Of a stretch of DNA of 64,000 bases, positions 59,381-64,000 are shown piece by piece; position 1 is the stretch's first letter, and the number at the start of each line of letters is the position of its first letter. Position numbers and translations under genes: made by a program. The notes under the pieces are model-generated. The model made no database searches and was not told where the DNA came from. It saw only the letters and a program-made list of their open reading frames with translations. Location: positions 90,090 to 154,089 of the forward strand of contig BTVI01000002.1 of the NCBI GenBank assembly GCA_045862955.1. The letters run 5' to 3'. This DNA is from Fimbriimonadales bacterium (GTDB lineage: Bacteria; Armatimonadota; Fimbriimonadia; Fimbriimonadales; JABRVX01).

Positions 59381-60847
59381 ATGGAACAGCCCGACCAGAA
59401 GACCGATAAGACCGAGAAGAAGGAAGAAAGATACCCGCTGACCACCGACCAGCCGCCGGTCGTCACCACCCACAAGCTGCAGATCGGCCAGAAGGCGCTG
59501 GCCTACGAGGCCCACGTTGGCATGCTGCCGATCAACGGCTCCACGGGCGAAACCGAGGCCGGGGTCTTCTTCATGGCGTACTTCAAGAAGGGTGCGGACC
59601 GCGCAAAACGACCCCTCATGTTCTCCTTCAACGGCGGGCCGGGTTCGGCGTCGCTCTGGCTCCACCTCGGCGCCGTCGGACCGAAGCGTGTGCGGTTGCA
59701 GGACGATGGCAACCTCCCGCCACCCCCCTATCAGCTGGTGGACAACCCGCAGACGTGGCTGGAGGACACGGATCTGTGCTTCATAGACCCCGTCGGCACC
59801 GGCTATAGCCGTCCTGCAACCAAGGAACTCGGCGAAAAGTTCTGGGGACTGAAAGGCGACATCGAGTCGGTTGGCGAGTTCATCCGCCTTTTCCTAACAC
59901 GGTTCGAGCGGTGGACGTCACCACTCTTCTTGGTAGGCGAAAGTTACGGCACCACCCGCGCTGCCGGCCTCGCCGGGCACCTGATCGAGAAGGGGATCGC
60001 CTTCAACGGCATCGTCCTCGTCTCGTCCATCCTCAACTTCCTAACAGCGCGGTTCGTCAAAGGCAATGACTTGCCATATGTGCTCTTCCTACCTACCTAC
60101 ACGGCTACCGCGTGGTACCACGAGAAGCTGCCTAAGAACCTGATGAAGGATCTGAAAACGACGCTCGCCGAGGTGGAGCAGTGGGCCGGCAACCAGTACA
60201 TGCTCGCGCTGGCCAAAGGTGACAGGTTGTCAGCGCAGGAGAGAGACGAAGTAGTATCGCGCCTCGCCCGCTACACCGGTCTGGAGCCGAGGTTCATACG
60301 CAACTGCGACCTACGCGTCAACATCCACCACTTCTGCAAGGAGCTACTTCGCGACGAGGGGCGCACGGTGGGACGGCTCGACAGCCGAATCAAGGGCATG
60401 GATGCGAGCGGAGTGACCGAAAGACCCGAGCACGACCCGAGCATGGCGGCCATTCGCCCGCCTTACACATCCATGATTAATGACTACATCCGACGAGTTC
60501 TCGGCTACAAGACGGACGTGCCCTACTACGTGCTAGGTGAGGGCATCGAGAAGCCGTGGGATTGGGGCTCGGCGGGAGAGGGCCCGCCGGATACCAGCGA
60601 GGCCTTGCGCTCAGCGTTCGCGAAGAATCCCTATATGCGATTGATGGTGGCTTCTGGATACTACGACCTAGCGACCCCCTACTACGCGACGAAGTACACG
60701 CTGGCACACATGGGGCTCGACTCTTCGCTGCGGGATCGTGTCAGCACGTCCGAGTACGAGGCGGGCCACATGATGTACATCCACGGCGCCTCTCTAAAAA
60801 GGCTGAAGAAGGACGTTGCTACGTTCATCCGCTCCGCGCTGACGTAG
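59381..60847 (+). CDS. S10 serine carboxypeptidase
   Basis: FNGGPGSAS, FIDPVGTGYS, GESYG, GYYDLATP, YEAGHMMY. Confidence 0.95.
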   Translation: MEQPDQKTDKTEKKEERYPLTTDQPPVVTTHKLQIGQKALAYEAHVGMLPINGSTGETEAGVFFMAYFKKGADRAKRPLMFSFNGGPGSASLWLHLGAVGPKRVRLQDDGNLPPPPYQLVDNPQTWLEDTDLCFIDPVGTGYSRPATKELGEKFWGLKGDIESVGEFIRLFLTRFERWTSPLFLVGESYGTTRAAGLAGHLIEKGIAFNGIVLVSSILNFLTARFVKGNDLPYVLFLPTYTATAWYHEKLPKNLMKDLKTTLAEVEQWAGNQYMLALAKGDRLSAQERDEVVSRLARYTGLEPRFIRNCDLRVNIHHFCKELLRDEGRTVGRLDSRIKGMDASGVTERPEHDPSMAAIRPPYTSMINDYIRRVLGYKTDVPYYVLGEGIEKPWDWGSAGEGPPDTSEALRSAFAKNPYMRLMVASGYYDLATPYYATKYTLAHMGLDSSLRDRVSTSEYEAGHMMYIHGASLKRLKKDVATFIRSALT

Positions 60848-61759
60848 AGCCCTGGACCACTTCTCGTGCGCTAGGCGATGTCGGGGCCGGTTCGAAGGTC
60901 CTGCCGCGAGCGCTGGTACCCGGCTGGTTGCCCTACACCCTCCCCGGCATCCGTAGACGCGGCGCTTGCTACCACACCCCCAACCGAATCCTTCCTACCC
61001 CTGCGGCACCTCGCACGGAGCTCTAGCCGCGTCGGCGACGAGCCACTGCGAGGATAGTCAGCGTGGGACGAGCACCCGATCCGAACCCGCACCTCGCCCA
61101 ACGTCTGCGCAGGCCCAAGCCGATCCATGGTGGTTACTTCGTTCCCATCCCCATCGGGCTCGTACCCTTTGCGCGAGAGGGCCACCGGATAGGGGTTGGG
61201 CTCTTCCAACACCTCGCTTGCTTCGCCTACCGAATCTCTCCGGCCCGTGCGCACTCCCCACTGCTCCTTCCACAGGCCAGTCCCATAGCCCCGGTAGGCT
61301 AGCCTCTCGCTATCCTTCGTCGTGCCGGACCGAGCCATCCGTCTGCCCAATTTCCTCTAGTACGCCTGCCTGTTGTGAATGCCGCTAGCTGGCCCGCAAC
61401 GGTGTTGGAATATTGGCCGCACGAGTTCACCCTCATGAAACTCGGGTAGTCGCACCTCCGGGTCCCTCAACAGCTAAGTCCGCGCATGCTGAATGCGTAT
61501 CACCGGCACGACGGGTTGCGGGCCCGAACCAAACGACACCGGGGTTCGCAAGAAGGTGCAGACAGAGGCGGCGCACCCGCCCTTCATCGCCCGGCACCGT
61601 GCGCCGCCTCAGGGTAGAGCAGGCCCTCGTCCCCTTCGTACTTCGCCTCCAGTGGCCGGTTTGCACCGAATGCTAACGAAGTTGCGAAGGGGCGAGCCGA
61701 TGGATGAGGCGGAAGGTTCTCGTTGGGCGCTGGCGCGGAGTGTCGTGTAAAATGGAGGA

Positions 61760-62368
61760 GTGCCCAGGGTAGAGGAGTACCGTGTCGCCGCTCCCTTCAC
61801 CTTGGAGGAACTGGTGGCGGCGGCAAACAGTCTGCTGCGTGCGCACCCCGACCTAATGGTCGGCCGGCGCACCGTCCGCTACTACATCCAAGAGGGCATC
61901 CTGCCGCCTCCGAGCGGCGCCCCGAAGTACGCGCGCTACCGCTACGAACATCTGCTCCGGCTGGTCCTCGTGCGTCTTCTCCTTATCAAAGGATTTCGCC
62001 TAGAGGCGATAAGGACGCGCGTGCAGGACCTGGCTCGCGGCGGGACATCCCGACTGGAGGCAGCCGTGAGGCAGCTCCTGCATGCCGTGCCCGAGGGTTT
62101 CGACCCCTTGGTCTGCGAAGAGCCCCTCCAACTGTTCCACCTCGACCCAGTGAACCGACGGGCCGAGGCCCCGATTGCAATGGCCCCCCCGGTCGAATGG
62201 CCAGAAGAGGCACCGGGCGACTGGAATCCGCCTGGGCTCTTCCAGCGCATCTCTCTCACGGAGCGCGTGTCGCTCGAGATAGCTGCCGGTGGAGACCTAC
62301 GAAGCGATCTCGAAGAGGCTGCCGAGGCACTCTTACTTTTTCTGCAAAATTTTCGTGACACCCCTTGA
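61760..62368 (+). CDS. MerR-like HTH protein
   Basis: FTLEEL...RTVRYYIQEGILPPP...ARYRYEHL.RL.......GFRLEAI. Confidence 0.85.
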   Translation: MPRVEEYRVAAPFTLEELVAAANSLLRAHPDLMVGRRTVRYYIQEGILPPPSGAPKYARYRYEHLLRLVLVRLLLIKGFRLEAIRTRVQDLARGGTSRLEAAVRQLLHAVPEGFDPLVCEEPLQLFHLDPVNRRAEAPIAMAPPVEWPEEAPGDWNPPGLFQRISLTERVSLEIAAGGDLRSDLEEAAEALLLFLQNFRDTP

Positions 62369-62393
62369 CAGACCTGCGCAGTCATGATACACT
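62365..62393 (+). promoter_or_regulatory. consensus sigma70 promoter for the vWA gene
   Basis: TTGACA-N17-TACACT with extended -10 TG; aggagg RBS before ATG 62436. Confidence 0.75.
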
Positions 62394-62435
62394 GACGCTG
62401 TCGTGAACCTGGATTCGCGACACAGGAGGTGTCTA

Positions 62436-63899
62436 ATGAACAAGTCATCGGCCGAGACGGCCCATCTGTCTGTCTCCGTTACTGCCCATAGCGAGCATGG
62501 TCTGTCGTGTCTGATGGTGCAACTCGAGCCGAAGGATCGCGAGATGGAACGCACTCCGGACCTGCGAGTCGTGCTGGTGCTCGACCGCAGTGGCTCGATG
62601 GCGGGTGACAAGCTAGAAAAGTGCAAGATTGCAGCCGGAAGGTTGATCCGATCTTTGGGCACTGAAGACAGAGTCGGTGTCGTGACCTATGATAACCGCG
62701 TCGACGTGCTGTGCCCGCTGGTTCCCCCTTCGTCGGGCCTGGCTCGTATGGTCGAGTCCATCCAGTCGGGTGGTTCTACCAATCTGTACGGGGGTTGGGT
62801 CGCGGGGGCCAAGCTTCTGGAGGGCGGCGGACGGGTGATTCTGCTCTCCGACGGGCTGGCCAACGTGGGGCGCTGGACATCTGCCGAGGACCTGTCTCGG
62901 CACGCCGAGTGCTCTTACCGCGAGTTCATGGTGACTACCAGCACCATTGGCGTTGGTTCCGACTATGACGAGGCGCTGATGGCAGGGATGGCGCGCGCCG
63001 GGGGCGGTTCGCACTACTTCGCGCACACCGCGGACGACGTCATGAAGGCTTTCAGCCGGGAGCGCTTCTCGATGGGTGCGGCGGCCGTGCAACACTGCGA
63101 GCTTCGGCTGGGCGACACCCTGGTACCGGTCGGTCACCTGTGGATGGGGGAGCGGATATCCCGCATCCTGCCCATCACCGATCTGGGAGGCGCAACCCTC
63201 ATTGTCCGATATCGCACCGTAGAGGACGAGCAGGTGGTGCAGGTCGAAGTCCCCTTGCCTCGGGCGTTCGCATACAGCGATGAAGCCGCAGTGGAGTACC
63301 AGCTGCAGCGCGTGGCGGACCTGCAGGCCGAGATGCTCGCAGTACGCAGTCCTCGTGCGGCGCGTGAGCTCCGGGAGCGGGCGCGTGCTCTGCTTCTGGA
63401 CCTGCTCAACCATCGTTTGGCCGATGAGGAGCGCATGGTAGCGGTGCGGGCGGAGCTAGAGCGAGCTATCGAGCGGCTGCACGAGCTGGAGGTGGACTAC
63501 GACGAGGTGCGAGCGTCTGTGCACCGCAAGCGCGCTATGCAGTTCAGCGATGCATTCCGCGCACCGGCCAAGGCTTACAGTACCTTTGATGAAGATGCCG
63601 CGACAGTGGACGCTTTCTATTGTCTTGCGATGCAACCCGATCCGCGAGGCCTGCCGGATGATCTCGACCCGTCGTTGCTTGCCCCCGTTCCGGTAACACA
63701 GTGGCTCGCTTGGAAGGCCATGCCGGTGCGACGCCGACGCAGTGGCGCGCTCCTGGTAGCAATGCCTAACCCACGCGACGGGTTCCTAATCGCCGAGATC
63801 GCCGGTGCACTCGGTTCGCGTGTCGAAGCCTGGCGTCACCCGGTGAGCGAGCAGGAGATCACCAGGAGGCTGCTTGCGCTGCAGGCACACGATGCCTAA
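62436..63899 (+). CDS. vWA domain protein with a C-terminal GspE/PilB N-terminal (T2SSE_N)-like domain
   Basis: DRSGSM, GGSTNL, LLSDGLAN, TIGVG.DYDE; C-terminal AMPV....LLVAMPNPRD...I...LG..V. Confidence 0.85.
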   Translation: MNKSSAETAHLSVSVTAHSEHGLSCLMVQLEPKDREMERTPDLRVVLVLDRSGSMAGDKLEKCKIAAGRLIRSLGTEDRVGVVTYDNRVDVLCPLVPPSSGLARMVESIQSGGSTNLYGGWVAGAKLLEGGGRVILLSDGLANVGRWTSAEDLSRHAECSYREFMVTTSTIGVGSDYDEALMAGMARAGGGSHYFAHTADDVMKAFSRERFSMGAAAVQHCELRLGDTLVPVGHLWMGERISRILPITDLGGATLIVRYRTVEDEQVVQVEVPLPRAFAYSDEAAVEYQLQRVADLQAEMLAVRSPRAARELRERARALLLDLLNHRLADEERMVAVRAELERAIERLHELEVDYDEVRASVHRKRAMQFSDAFRAPAKAYSTFDEDAATVDAFYCLAMQPDPRGLPDDLDPSLLAPVPVTQWLAWKAMPVRRRRSGALLVAMPNPRDGFLIAEIAGALGSRVEAWRHPVSEQEITRRLLALQAHDA

Positions 63900-64000
63900 C
63901 AGCCACTGACTTGCACGCCGAGAGATCGGGACGGCGTGCAACCACTCGTGCCCTGGATGCTGCATCTCAGGCACGGCAGACGCGGCGCGGCGCCATGCGG

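Noticed and set aside
60871..61720. Minus-strand ORFs (159 aa, 77 aa) and a faint DUF2283-like fragment (LEAKYEGDEGLLY)
   Set aside because: No convincing motif or intact frame; probably decayed sequence

Overview
GC-rich bacterial chromosomal window. Dockerin-like C-terminal tails, an H-X9-DG prepilin-like protein and a PEP-CTERM protein suggest Armatimonadota or a similar lineage (inference). Housekeeping and RNA content: tmRNA (tag ANSYAYAA), fabD, an acyl-CoA dehydrogenase, and a selD(Sec)-selC-MOT1-type transporter unit. There are many secreted proteases and surface proteins: alpha-2-macroglobulin, M14, S41 tricorn, S10, and two HExxH multidomain proteins. The most unusual features are: (1) a tightly coupled six-gene operon joining a homoisocitrate/isopropylmalate-type dehydrogenase, an HD protein and a LeuC/LeuD-type hydro-lyase to a CitD-CitE fusion and CitF, with no synthase and no citC/G/X; (2) a VKOR-like CxxC membrane domain fused to a 10-Cys exported peptide, next to a prepilin-like gene; (3) two paralogous secreted Cys-rich mini-proteins behind a structured leader; (4) a convergent hicB/hicA pair, with hicA coupled to a DUF5343-like gene; (5) a modular family of three palindromic repeats that form arrays at four loci (not CRISPR). 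All family calls are by-eye motif recognition; no searches were run.
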